Below, in pieces: positions 45,160 to 54,250 of a stretch of DNA of 64,000 nt. The stretch is from assembly GCA_016700315.1 (NCBI GenBank), contig CP065013.1:513449-577448 (forward strand). Reading direction: 5' to 3'. The notes below the pieces were generated by a model. It made no database searches, was not told the DNA's origin, and worked only from the letters and a program-made list of their open reading frames with translations. Position 1 is the first letter of the stretch, and each line of letters opens with the position of its first letter. This DNA comes from Candidatus Saccharimonadota bacterium. GTDB taxonomy: Bacteria; Patescibacteriota; Saccharimonadia; Saccharimonadales; SZUA-47. The position numbers were made by a program, and so were the translations under genes.

Positions 45160-45382
45160 AGACGGAAGTTACGGAGGGTCGTGAGAGGTTCGACCGACTT
45201 TCAGCCGGCCCGCAATAACATCTTTGAAAACAAGTTTTCAAGACTTGATTGCCTTGCAGTAAGTCCTTGGCTCGTTTCACCCCGACCCCTCGGCCGAGGG
45301 TGTTGCGTGTCCGAGGCCAACTCCGCTAGAACCTATTTTGAGGAAAAATGTTGAATGAGACAAGCCCCGCCGCCTAGTATAA
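45160..45382 (+). ncRNA. Candidate structured RNA fragment (tmRNA-5'-like?), cut off by IS982 copy B
   Basis: GC-rich island next to AT-rich DNA. GGGTCGTGAGAGGTTCGAC at 45176 resembles the tmRNA 5' consensus GGGG...GGxTTCGAC. The 14-nt palindrome CCCTCGGCCGAGGG is at 45287-45300. No 3' tRNA-like half is present. Confidence 0.2.
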
Positions 45383-46235
45383 CCCCAGCTTCACATAAGA
45401 GTCCCCATTTTGTTTTGTAGATAACAGGGCGTCAGCCCTGTTATTCTGTTTCTGTAACAAAACATAAAACAAAAAGGAGACACGTATATGGAGCTAGTAA
45501 CACTATTCTACATCGTTGACGAGTTCTGCAAGAAATTTGAGCCTGAGTGGAGATCAAAACAGATTGAATCTGGAGAACGGGTTCGTAACAAACAGGGTGC
45601 CATGACACTCTCTGAAGTAATGACTGACTATCTGTATCTGGTTTCATGCCAGCGGCTATCGTCAGTTCAAGAAATACTACCTTGAACATATCTGCATGCA
45701 TCTGGTTGATGCCTTCCCAAACAGGGTTAGCTATACACGATTCCTCAGACTGATGCGTGAGAGTATGTTGCCACTCCTTGCTCTCATGATCAGTCTTCTC
45801 GCACCAGCCACACTCGTCAACTTCGTGGACAGTACGACACTGGATGTTTGTAACAACAAGCGGATCTGGAAGCATCGAGTCTTCAAAGGCATTGCAACCA
45901 GAGGCAAGAGCTCCATGGGCTGGTTCTTTGGTTTGAAACTGCATCTGACCTTCAATGAACGAGGTGAGATCATCTCATTCCTGCTCTCACCAGGTCACGC
46001 CCCAGACAACAATCAAGCACTGATGCTCAAACTGACAGAAAAGCTAACGGGCAAACTCTATGCTGACAAAGGTTACATTGGACACGAGCTATTTCTTTCA
46101 CCACTCCAAAAGGGTGTTCATCTCATCACAGGCATTAGACGCAACATGAAGAATCATCTGATGAGCCTCTGGGATAAACTGATGCTGAGAAAGCGATCCA
46201 TCATCGAGACCATCAACGATCAGCTCAAAAATACC

Positions 46236-47339
46236 GAGCTATAGGCAAAAACGTGTTGGTTTTTAATCAGTTTTACCTCTGTTAATTAGCAATAAGTAAT
46301 GTCGTCAGACATTACTTATTGTATGAAACAACGAGGTTTTAGGTATTGCAGCACCTGCAAACATAAGCTGCAAAAGTGGGGTAGGACGAATGCTGGCACA
46401 TCTCGCTGGCGATGCTCAAGTTGCACTAGTACTTGTATCCGTGCCAGACCAGATCTATCTAAGTCCTTGCTGCTGGAGCGGTTCGTTAATTGGCTCCTTG
46501 GTAAACAATCTCAGGAAGAGCTTGGTGTAGCGGCTCGCACCTGGCGAGCACAGACTGCATGGTGTTGGCAGGTTGCCCCCAAGCCAATACTAAGTGGTGA
46601 AGTCTATCCAATCCTGCTACTAGACGGTATTCGAGTTGGTAATCTTGTTTGTCTGATTGCTCGTACGCCGCAGTACGTTGTTAGCTGGTGTTGGGCGCTA
46701 TACGAAGCTGGTACGACTTGGGACAAGCTCCTTAGCACACTACCCACACCAACGGTAGTTGTTTGTGATGGTCAAAAAGGTATTCTGGTTTCCATTGCAA
46801 GAAACTGGCCGACAGCACAGATACAGCGCTGTCACTTCCATGTTTGGCAGAATGTCCGAAACAAGCTGACTCTATTCCCTCAAACCGAAGCTGGTAAGTA
46901 CTTACTGCTGCTAACCAAAATTCTGCTCAAAGGACTACACGCTCAAGAGGATGTTATTCGCTGGCAATCTAAGCTAGAAGTCTGGGAAGAACTCCATGGT
47001 GACTTTATACGGGAGCGCACGGTCAACCCAAATCCAAGGCCAGGTCAACGCAAATGGCGCTATAGTCATGAACGCTTGAGAAGTGCCCACCGACAACTTA
47101 GTAAGCTTGTGAGAGATCAACAGCTATTCACATACCTTGACAGCGGTCTGCTAACCCAAACAAACCAACAGCCGATCCCCAGAACAACCAATTACCTTGA
47201 AGGGGGTATTAACTCCCAGCTCCGAACCAAACTTAAATTGCACCGAGGCATGAAAGAGGAGCATCAAAGACGCTTAGTAGAATGGTACCTTTATACGAGA
47301 ACCGAGAGCCCAAAACCAACACGAAATTGCCGGTAGGCT
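46236..47339 (+). mobile_element. Nested 1.1-kb IS (IS256/MULE-like with an N-terminal zinc ribbon)
   Basis: 8-bp target duplication AAAATACC at 46228-46235 and 47340-47347. Imperfect terminal inverted repeats of about 25 bp (...GGCAAAAACGTGTTGGTTTT / its reverse complement ...GGCAATTTCGTGTTGGTTTT). Confidence 0.8.
46299..47336 (+). CDS. Transposase (MULE/IS256-like)
   Basis: A CxxC...CxxC zinc ribbon (CSTCKHK...CSSCTS), then LLLDGIRV, CDGQKGILVSIARNWPTAQIQRCHFHVWQNVRNKL. Confidence 0.7.
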   Translation: MSSDITYCMKQRGFRYCSTCKHKLQKWGRTNAGTSRWRCSSCTSTCIRARPDLSKSLLLERFVNWLLGKQSQEELGVAARTWRAQTAWCWQVAPKPILSGEVYPILLLDGIRVGNLVCLIARTPQYVVSWCWALYEAGTTWDKLLSTLPTPTVVVCDGQKGILVSIARNWPTAQIQRCHFHVWQNVRNKLTLFPQTEAGKYLLLLTKILLKGLHAQEDVIRWQSKLEVWEELHGDFIRERTVNPNPRPGQRKWRYSHERLRSAHRQLSKLVRDQQLFTYLDSGLLTQTNQQPIPRTTNYLEGGINSQLRTKLKLHRGMKEEHQRRLVEWYLYTRTESPKPTRNCR

Positions 47340-47556
47340 AAAATACCCAACAGATCGAACACACTAGACACCGAAGCCCTAACAACTTCGTAGTCAACCT
47401 ACTCAGCGGATTAATATGCTACCAGCTACAACCAAAGAAACCCTCAATACACTACACAAAACCACAACAGAGGCTGCTGACGCAACCTCTGCTAATTGGA
47501 TGAGACTACAGATTAGGAGTTATGTGAAGCTGGGGTTAAAAAAAGTAAAATGATAG

Positions 47557-47583
47557 CTAGCACTCAAAGGTCTTGACTGCTAG
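47557..47583 (+). promoter_or_regulatory. CIRCE-like operator 1 upstream of dnaK
   Basis: CTAGCACTC-N9-GACTGCTAG (14/18). It overlaps the -35 TTGACT at 47573-47578. Confidence 0.6.
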
Positions 47584-47603
47584 TTTTTGTTTTTGCTACA
47601 ATA

Positions 47604-47630
47604 TTAGCAGTCTACACAGTAGAGTGCTAA
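47604..47630 (+). promoter_or_regulatory. CIRCE operator 2 upstream of dnaK
   Basis: TTAGCAGTC-N9-GAGTGCTAA (17/18), just downstream of the -10 TACAAT at 47597-47602. Confidence 0.8.
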
Positions 47631-47753
47631 TTTAAAATATTTGAAAGGAGAGTCCTAAAGGGAAAAGTGTAGTCCGAGTCGAATTTATTTCGACCCGGCA
47701 CGGTCAGAAGAAAAACCGTAGGTTTGTCTTCTGAAGCCTTTAGGCGAAGCGAA

Positions 47754-49664
47754 ATGAGTAAAATAATAGGTATCGATCTCGGAACAACTAACAGCGCCAT
47801 GGCAGTTATGCAGTCAGGTAAGTCTGAAATCATTGCTAACAGCGAAGGCGCTCGTACGACGCCCAGTGTAGTAGCTGTTAACAAAAAAGGCGAAAGACTA
47901 GTCGGTCAGGTTGCCCGCCGACAACAGGTAACAAACCCTAAGAACACAATTTATGAGGTTAAACGACTCATTGGTCGAAAGTTTAGCGACAAAGAAGTTC
48001 AAAAAGACCTCAAACTCATGGGTTACGAAATTATCAAAAGCGGCAACAGCACAAAAGTTAAAATGGGCGATAAAGAATATAGCGCAGAAGAAATCAGCGC
48101 CATGATATTGGCTAAGCTCAAAGCAGACGCCGAGGCATTCACGGGCGGCCCAGTCACCGAAGCAGTGATCACCGTGCCCGCTTACTTTGATGACAGTCAG
48201 CGCCAAGCTACCAAAGATGCTGGTAAAATTGCTGGTCTCGAAGTTAAGCGCATTATTAACGAGCCAACAGCAGCAGCACTTGCTTACGGCCTGGACAAAG
48301 AGGCCAAAGGCGACGAAAAGATTGTGGTGTTCGACCTCGGTGGTGGTACGTTCGATGTGTCTGTTCTCGAACTTGGTGATGGCGTCTTCGAAGTTAAAAG
48401 TACCAACGGCGATACTCATCTTGGTGGTGCCGACTTTGACCGCGTCATTGTCAATCACTTAAGCGATGAGTTCAAGAAGGAATCTGGCATTGATGTAACC
48501 GATGACACGGCTGCCATGCAGCGCTTACGAGACGAAGCTGAGAAGGCTAAGATTGAGCTTTCGACCGCACAAGAAGTTGACATCAACTTGCCATTCCTGA
48601 CAGCCGATGCCGACGGGCCTAAGCACTTCGAGTACAAGCTGTCACGATCTAAGCTAGAAAGTCTCGTCAAAGACTTAATCGACAAAACTGCCGAACCATG
48701 CAAAAAGGCTCTTAAAGATGCCAAACTTACCGCCAAAGACATAGACTCTGTAGTACTTGTCGGTGGTATGACCCGCATGCCTGCCGTGCAAGCTAAGGTA
48801 AAAGAGATTTTTGGTAAAGAACCAATGAAGGGCGTTAACCCAGATGAAGTTGTAGCCGTCGGTGCTGCAATTCAGGGCGGTGTACTAGCCGGCGACGTCA
48901 AAGATGTGCTGCTGCTAGATGTAACCCCACTATCGCTGGGTATCGAAACTTTAGGTGGCGTGACAACCAAGTTGATTGAGCGCAATACTACTATTCCTAC
49001 CAGCAAGAGTGAAACATTTAGTACTGCTGCTGACAACCAGAATCAGGTAGAAATCCATGTCCTGCAAGGTGAGCGCGAAATGAGTTCCGACAACAAAAGC
49101 CTGGGCCGCTTCATCCTAGACGGGATTGCTCCAGCGCCGCGCGGTGTGCCACAAATTGAGGTAACATTTAACCTCGACGCCAACGGTATTCTGAATGTTA
49201 CCGCCAAAGACAAAGGCACTGGCAAAGAGCAGAGCATTACCATTCAAAACAGCGGCAATCTTAGTAAAGACGATGTTGAGAAAATGGCCAAAGAAGCCGA
49301 AGCTAACGCCGAAGAAGACAAGAAAAAACGCGAAGCAGTAGAAGCCCGCAACATGCTCGAGAACTCTGCCTACCAAGCTGAAAAGCTAAAGAACGACAAC
49401 GGCGACAAGCTTAGCGATGACGACAAAAAGACGCTCGAAGAGGCTGTAGAAGCCGCCCGCAAGGTGAGCGCCGACGAAAAGTCCGACAAAGATGCACTCG
49501 AAGCTGCCCTAAAAGAACTCAACGACAAGATAATGCCGATTGGCGCCAAAATGTATCAGAGCCAAGAGACAGGAGACAAGAGCCAAGAGGAGGAATCTTC
49601 TGACGACAAAGACAAAGACGAACCCGTCGAAGGCGAAGTCGTCGACGACAAAGACGAAAAGTAG
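47754..49664 (+). CDS. dnaK: Molecular chaperone DnaK
   Basis: [14 protein letters not shown]..., DLGGGTFD, and an acidic C-terminus. The ATG at 47754 is preferred over the TTG at 47724. Confidence 0.97.
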   Translation: MSKIIGIDLGTTNSAMAVMQSGKSEIIANSEGARTTPSVVAVNKKGERLVGQVARRQQVTNPKNTIYEVKRLIGRKFSDKEVQKDLKLMGYEIIKSGNSTKVKMGDKEYSAEEISAMILAKLKADAEAFTGGPVTEAVITVPAYFDDSQRQATKDAGKIAGLEVKRIINEPTAAALAYGLDKEAKGDEKIVVFDLGGGTFDVSVLELGDGVFEVKSTNGDTHLGGADFDRVIVNHLSDEFKKESGIDVTDDTAAMQRLRDEAEKAKIELSTAQEVDINLPFLTADADGPKHFEYKLSRSKLESLVKDLIDKTAEPCKKALKDAKLTAKDIDSVVLVGGMTRMPAVQAKVKEIFGKEPMKGVNPDEVVAVGAAIQGGVLAGDVKDVLLLDVTPLSLGIETLGGVTTKLIERNTTIPTSKSETFSTAADNQNQVEIHVLQGEREMSSDNKSLGRFILDGIAPAPRGVPQIEVTFNLDANGILNVTAKDKGTGKEQSITIQNSGNLSKDDVEKMAKEAEANAEEDKKKREAVEARNMLENSAYQAEKLKNDNGDKLSDDDKKTLEEAVEAARKVSADEKSDKDALEAALKELNDKIMPIGAKMYQSQETGDKSQEEESSDDKDKDEPVEGEVVDDKDEK

Positions 49665-49702
49665 TCTCCTGGAGTCCAAGAGCCGCGAAAAGGATTGTTA
49701 CA

Positions 49703-49883
<181 letters not shown>

Positions 49884-49960
49884 TCTGCCGTTTTGGGTAG
49901 TTACAAAGCCCTACATGTTGCAGATAAAAAAAGTTGTGCAATTTTTAGTAAAATATAACC

Positions 49961-50230
49961 ATGAGAAGAATACTTAGTTCGATTGGTTGTTTGTTGGGTA
50001 TAGTGATGCTGATGTACGGTCGTGGTATTGCCAGCCCAGGTAATAATCGAAGTTTAGTAATTTCGGCGGTCGTGATGGGTGCCGGGTTAATTATCGGTCT
50101 GGTTTCTGCGCTCTTTTATTATTGGGATCGGGCATACAAAAAGCCAGAAGTGGACGAGCTGGAGATCCTGGCAGAGGCTCACAAACAAGCAGATATTTTG
50201 CTGGCCAACGGTGTAGAAAAACGGGGTTGA
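49961..50230 (+). CDS. Small membrane protein (89 aa, 2 TM)
   Basis: ORF with two hydrophobic helices. Confidence 0.5.
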   Translation: MRRILSSIGCLLGIVMLMYGRGIASPGNNRSLVISAVVMGAGLIIGLVSALFYYWDRAYKKPEVDELEILAEAHKQADILLANGVEKRG

Positions 50231-50247
50231 AAAGCCCAGGTTTTAAT

Positions 50248-50274
50248 TTGGCACTCGAAGGTCTAAAGTGCTAA
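50248..50274 (+). promoter_or_regulatory. CIRCE-like operator upstream of the NYN-dnaJ pair
   Basis: TTGGCACTC-N9-AAGTGCTAA (16/18). Confidence 0.65.
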
Positions 50275-50404
50275 AATATGTGTATGTCACCGAAGATCTA
50301 TAGCCCCAAGAATATTGACTTTAATGGGTCAATTTGCTATCATAATGTCACAGCACCCCGTGTTGACTTCGGTCTCAGCGGGGCTTTTTATTGGAGGATG
50401 TTTT

Positions 50405-51001
50405 ATGAAAGTGTTAGTTGATGGGGAGAACTTTCGGCATCAGATTGCTGCTGTATTGCTAAAGTCATCATTAATTTCCGAGAAGAATGCGTACTTCAAA
50501 TTTGATTTGAGAGCTTTTATAGAAGACGTTCTGCAGCAAAAAGACATAGAAATAGCCTATTACACAACTAAGATCAAGAAACCCAATTATAAATTACCAA
50601 TTAAGCTTAAGAATAATATTGACCTTATCAACCTGTCGAACCGAAAATGGCTAGCAGATCTTACAAACAACAATGTAAAGATTATAAAAGCGGGCTATCT
50701 ACGCGTTAGAGAGTCGAACAAGTGCATTCATTGTGGTAAAAAAACATTAGTACTCCAAGAAAAGGGTGTGGATGTTAGGGTCGCGACTGATTTGGTTCTA
50801 TCACAGCAGAAGGAAGCAATTGTACTGGCATCATCCGATAGTGACTTGATACCGGCCTTAAACGCAAAATTACAAACAGGTATTACGGTTAGCTATCTAT
50901 GTTATTCGGGCAGTCTAAATAGATCAGTTGCCGCACAGGTGAGTAAGACGATTACATTTGACGACTCAACAATAATTAAACACTTTACGGGGAATCAATA
51001 A
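50405..51001 (+). CDS. NYN/LabA-like domain protein with a zinc-ribbon insert
   Basis: The start at MKVLVDGENF has a GGAGGA RBS. Also GVDVRVATDLV, SSDSDLIPAL and CIHCGKKT. The upstream part of ORF 50315 contains a hairpin and is rejected as coding. Confidence 0.6.
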   Translation: MKVLVDGENFRHQIAAVLLKSSLISEKNAYFKFDLRAFIEDVLQQKDIEIAYYTTKIKKPNYKLPIKLKNNIDLINLSNRKWLADLTNNNVKIIKAGYLRVRESNKCIHCGKKTLVLQEKGVDVRVATDLVLSQQKEAIVLASSDSDLIPALNAKLQTGITVSYLCYSGSLNRSVAAQVSKTITFDDSTIIKHFTGNQ

Positions 51002-52111
51002 ATGGCAGAAAAACGAGACTATTATGAAGTGCTTGGTGTTGCAAAAAACGCCTCTGATGACGAGATCAAAAAGGCTTTTCGTCGCAAGGCGATTGAGCTT
51101 CATCCAGACAAAGAGGGCGGTGATGAGGCCAAATTCAAAGAAGTAAATGAAGCATATGAGGTGTTAAAAGACTCCTCCAAACGACAGCGGTACGATCAGT
51201 TTGGTCATGCTGGTGTCGGCGGGGCTAGTGGTAATCCTTTTGGCGGCGGTTTCGGTGGAGCCGGCGGACAGGAAATGCATTTTGACTTTGGTGATCTAGG
51301 GCTGGGCGATATTTTTGGTAGTTTTTTTGGTGGAGGAATGGGCGGTTCAAGTCGAGGCCAAAGGCAGGCGCGTGGTCGCGATGTAGAAACGGGGCTAAAT
51401 CTTAGTTTCGAGGAAGCGGTTTTTGGCACTGAGGCCGAGCTGAAGCTGAGCCTCGACGATACTTGCGAACACTGCAAAGGAACAACCGCCGAGCCAGGCC
51501 ACGAACTAAAAACTTGCGAAACGTGTAAAGGAAACGGCCAGGTTATGACGGCGACCAGAACAATTTTTGGCAATATTCAGCAGGCTAGCATTTGTCCTGA
51601 CTGCAAAGGCCGCGGCAAAACACCCGAAAAGGTTTGTTCTGTCTGTAAGGGTGCTGGTGTCAAACGTCGTGAGCAAAAGATTAAGATGAATGTACCCGCA
51701 GGCATCGACGACGGCGCTACCATTCGTTTACGTGAGCACGGCGAAGCTATAGCTAACGGCCCCAAAGGCGATCTGTACGTAAATATCAGAGTTAAGCCGC
51801 ACAAAAAGTTCACGCGCGAAGGTGATTTAATCTTAAGTCGAGAACACGTGACAATGATAGATGCTGCTCTTGGAACCGAGATTGAGGTTGACACTGTCGA
51901 CGGACTTGTACGCATGAAAGTCCCTGCTGGTACGCAGAGCGGTACAGACTTCAAACTGAGTGGTCATGGAGTCCCACACATGCGTGGTGACGGGCGTGGT
52001 GCTCACATAGTTACGGTAGTGGTTGATACCCCAACCGATCTTAGCCGGGAACAGCGTGAACTCTTGGTGCAGTTCAAAACCAAATCCAAAAAATCCGGCT
52101 GGTTCGCCTAA
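51002..52111 (+). CDS. dnaJ: Co-chaperone DnaJ
   Basis: J-domain with HPD, a G/F-rich linker, and four CxxCxGxG zinc motifs. Confidence 0.95.
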   Translation: MAEKRDYYEVLGVAKNASDDEIKKAFRRKAIELHPDKEGGDEAKFKEVNEAYEVLKDSSKRQRYDQFGHAGVGGASGNPFGGGFGGAGGQEMHFDFGDLGLGDIFGSFFGGGMGGSSRGQRQARGRDVETGLNLSFEEAVFGTEAELKLSLDDTCEHCKGTTAEPGHELKTCETCKGNGQVMTATRTIFGNIQQASICPDCKGRGKTPEKVCSVCKGAGVKRREQKIKMNVPAGIDDGATIRLREHGEAIANGPKGDLYVNIRVKPHKKFTREGDLILSREHVTMIDAALGTEIEVDTVDGLVRMKVPAGTQSGTDFKLSGHGVPHMRGDGRGAHIVTVVVDTPTDLSREQRELLVQFKTKSKKSGWFA

Positions 52112-52294
52112 AACATCACGAATTATAGCGGACTTAGGGTTCAAAATTGATCATTATAATGCTAAAGTTTATATATGAACAAAGCAAAAATTAGAGACGG
52201 TTTTTTCACGATGATTGCGTTGATTTTGATCGTATTGATAGCCGTAATTTACCTCGCATACCAGAGAGTAAAGAACGCTAGTTGAGTACTAATA

Positions 52295-53440
52295 ATGGTC
52301 CAAGAAACGACACTAGATATTAGTAGTGAATATAAAAAAGCCTCCGAAAGACTAATAGAAGCAGCCGAGAAACTCAAGCTCGCTAAAACTAGATCTGAGG
52401 TAACACGAAAATCTAATGCATATACACAAAGTTCCATAAGGCTTTTTGGCTTACCTGACGTGAGTTTAGCTACTCGACTCTTTGGTTTGCAACGAGCAAG
52501 ATTCGAAAGTACGAACTTAGATGATGCCCTGTATGCAAACCTAAATATGTATTTTAGAAAATATAATGCCACTTCGGTAAATAACGAAATCGTATCCGAT
52601 AATCTCATAAAAGTTGCAGGTTTAGTAAAGGAGTATCTCGATTATAAATATGGTTTTGTCCTTAAAAAGGCAGAAGGCATTGCGCCCCTGTGGCTTAAAC
52701 CGCAAGATGTTTTCAGAGGATATGAGATGCTGCTCGAAGATATACAAAGTAATTTCGCGGGTGAGTGGAATAGATGGAAGGTAAAAATTGAAAAAACAAG
52801 CTCCGCGATTTCTGTAAATGCTCAGGATAGATTAATCAAAGTTGGACTTGGTAGAGCAGCTATGCACAAAAAGGAGTTCACTGGCAATGTCGCCCATGAA
52901 TTACTAGGCCACGTTGTTAGGAGTGTTAATGGTGCTAGTATATCTGAAGAATGCAGAGTCGGCCTACCAAATTATTTGGTTTTCGAGGAAGGACTTTCGA
53001 TGCTAAAAGAGTTTTCTGTGTGCGGGTATCTGCCCGATCGCATCGTTGATAGATATGTAGACGTAGCGCTGGCCCTCGGAATAATTGATGGTGTCCAGAA
53101 GCCTAGAGCCGAGATACTTGAGTTTGTATACTCTAGAGAATTGGTAAGAAATTCTTTGTTGCCTGCAAGTGAAAAGATGACAACAGAAGATCTGGCTAAG
53201 AAAGTCATAGCTCACACAAACCGAGTTTTTAGAGGAGTAAACGGTCAAAAGCACGTAGGAATCTACACTAAAGACATTGTTTATCTATCTGGTTTTATCA
53301 AGGCTAGCAGCTATATAGAGAAGAAACTTGCAAAAGGTCTGAGCATTGAACAGATAATGGATTTTGTCGATTGTGCAAAGTTTGACCCTACTTTGCCCAG
53401 CCATCTAAAAAAAGTTGAAGCGTTAACCCGCTATTCTTAA
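52295..53440 (+). CDS. DUF1704/MATCAP-like metallocarboxypeptidase
   Basis: The HExxH-like site AHELLGH plus FEEGLSML, which resembles the QEGLA motif of the DUF1704 family. Confidence 0.5.
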   Translation: MVQETTLDISSEYKKASERLIEAAEKLKLAKTRSEVTRKSNAYTQSSIRLFGLPDVSLATRLFGLQRARFESTNLDDALYANLNMYFRKYNATSVNNEIVSDNLIKVAGLVKEYLDYKYGFVLKKAEGIAPLWLKPQDVFRGYEMLLEDIQSNFAGEWNRWKVKIEKTSSAISVNAQDRLIKVGLGRAAMHKKEFTGNVAHELLGHVVRSVNGASISEECRVGLPNYLVFEEGLSMLKEFSVCGYLPDRIVDRYVDVALALGIIDGVQKPRAEILEFVYSRELVRNSLLPASEKMTTEDLAKKVIAHTNRVFRGVNGQKHVGIYTKDIVYLSGFIKASSYIEKKLAKGLSIEQIMDFVDCAKFDPTLPSHLKKVEALTRYS

Positions 53441-54219
53441 ATACCGGCTAAGTCGATTATTCCAGCGTCTTCACCTAGCCTATGTTTCTCTAGTTGGCCG
53501 TTGTTGTCGACTGATATTAAGCTTACTCCACAGTTCGGCGAAGATGTCGCTGGAGTGATTTTTCCATCATTAATGACTAATGCTGCATCATTGTCTATCC
53601 CGAAGCCAAACCGTGTACCAAAGTTCTCGCCGAGTTCTTTGAACATTCGATGAAAATCATCCTCTCTCGAGGTAATCTTACCCTCAGGGGTTGTATTATA
53701 GTGAGGCGTTATGCCTGCATTAATTATTCCTAAGCTGGCAACTGGTATGAATGACCAGTGTTTGTTCTTTGGCTCAGGGTAGCTGTTTGAGTCGCTGTGT
53801 CCCCATCTAAATGGTGCTATTGCTCCTGCAGATATACCAGTAATAACTTTACCTGCCATGATATAGTGTCTCAGATTATCAGTGAAGCCGAAGTATTCCC
53901 ATACTCTCATCATTGTGGCTGTATCACCGCCAGATACGTATAAGATATCGGCTTCATCTAGCATCTCTTGTTGGCGAGTGTCATCTGGGAATGACCAGAA
54001 GTCGTGCATTAAAGCGGTCTCGATACCCCTATCTTGGTAGAAACCGCCAAATTTTTTGTACGTATTAGTTACACCTTCAGGATTGGGTCTTGCAGTCGGT
54101 ACAACAAGTGCCTTCTTTTTTGATTCTTTACCAACCAAATCTATGCTAAGTTTAAGTAACTCACCAGTGTTCGCTCCGCCACCTATGGAAACAATTTTCA
54201 AAGAATCGAGGCTGGACAT
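53437..54219 (-). CDS. Peptidase S51 (dipeptidase E / cyanophycinase-like)
   Basis: LYVSGGDT...ITGISAGA... is typical of the S51 nucleophile-elbow region. Confidence 0.6.
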   Translation of the reverse strand: MSSLDSLKIVSIGGGANTGELLKLSIDLVGKESKKKALVVPTARPNPEGVTNTYKKFGGFYQDRGIETALMHDFWSFPDDTRQQEMLDEADILYVSGGDTATMMRVWEYFGFTDNLRHYIMAGKVITGISAGAIAPFRWGHSDSNSYPEPKNKHWSFIPVASLGIINAGITPHYNTTPEGKITSREDDFHRMFKELGENFGTRFGFGIDNDAALVINDGKITPATSSPNCGVSLISVDNNGQLEKHRLGEDAGIIDLAGI

Positions 54220-54250
54220 AAATATAGAATAGCATGAATAAGAAAAATAG

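Larger units (their letters stand above)
45383..47535 (+). mobile_element. IS982-family insertion sequence, copy B, interrupted by a nested IS
   Basis: Same ends as copy A. The transposase ORF 45696-46244 is truncated at the nested insertion (46236-47339). Confidence 0.85.

Noticed and set aside
47898-49376. Minus-strand ORFs within dnaK (47898-48458, 48455-48778, 49043-49243, 49116-49376). Similar antisense ORFs occur in ftsH, dnaJ, the helicase gene and lepA.
   Set aside because: They overlap highly conserved, confidently identified genes on the opposite strand.
50315-50404. N-terminal extension of the NYN ORF (start at 50315).
   Set aside because: The extension contains a terminator-like hairpin (CCCCG...CGGGG plus T-run), and the internal ATG at 50405 has a GGAGGA RBS.
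52175-52285. 36-aa hydrophobic micro-ORF (MNKAKIRDGFFTMIALILIVLIAVIYLAYQRVKNAS) after dnaJ.
   Set aside because: There is no convincing RBS, and it is too short to support from sequence alone. It is noted only as a possibility.
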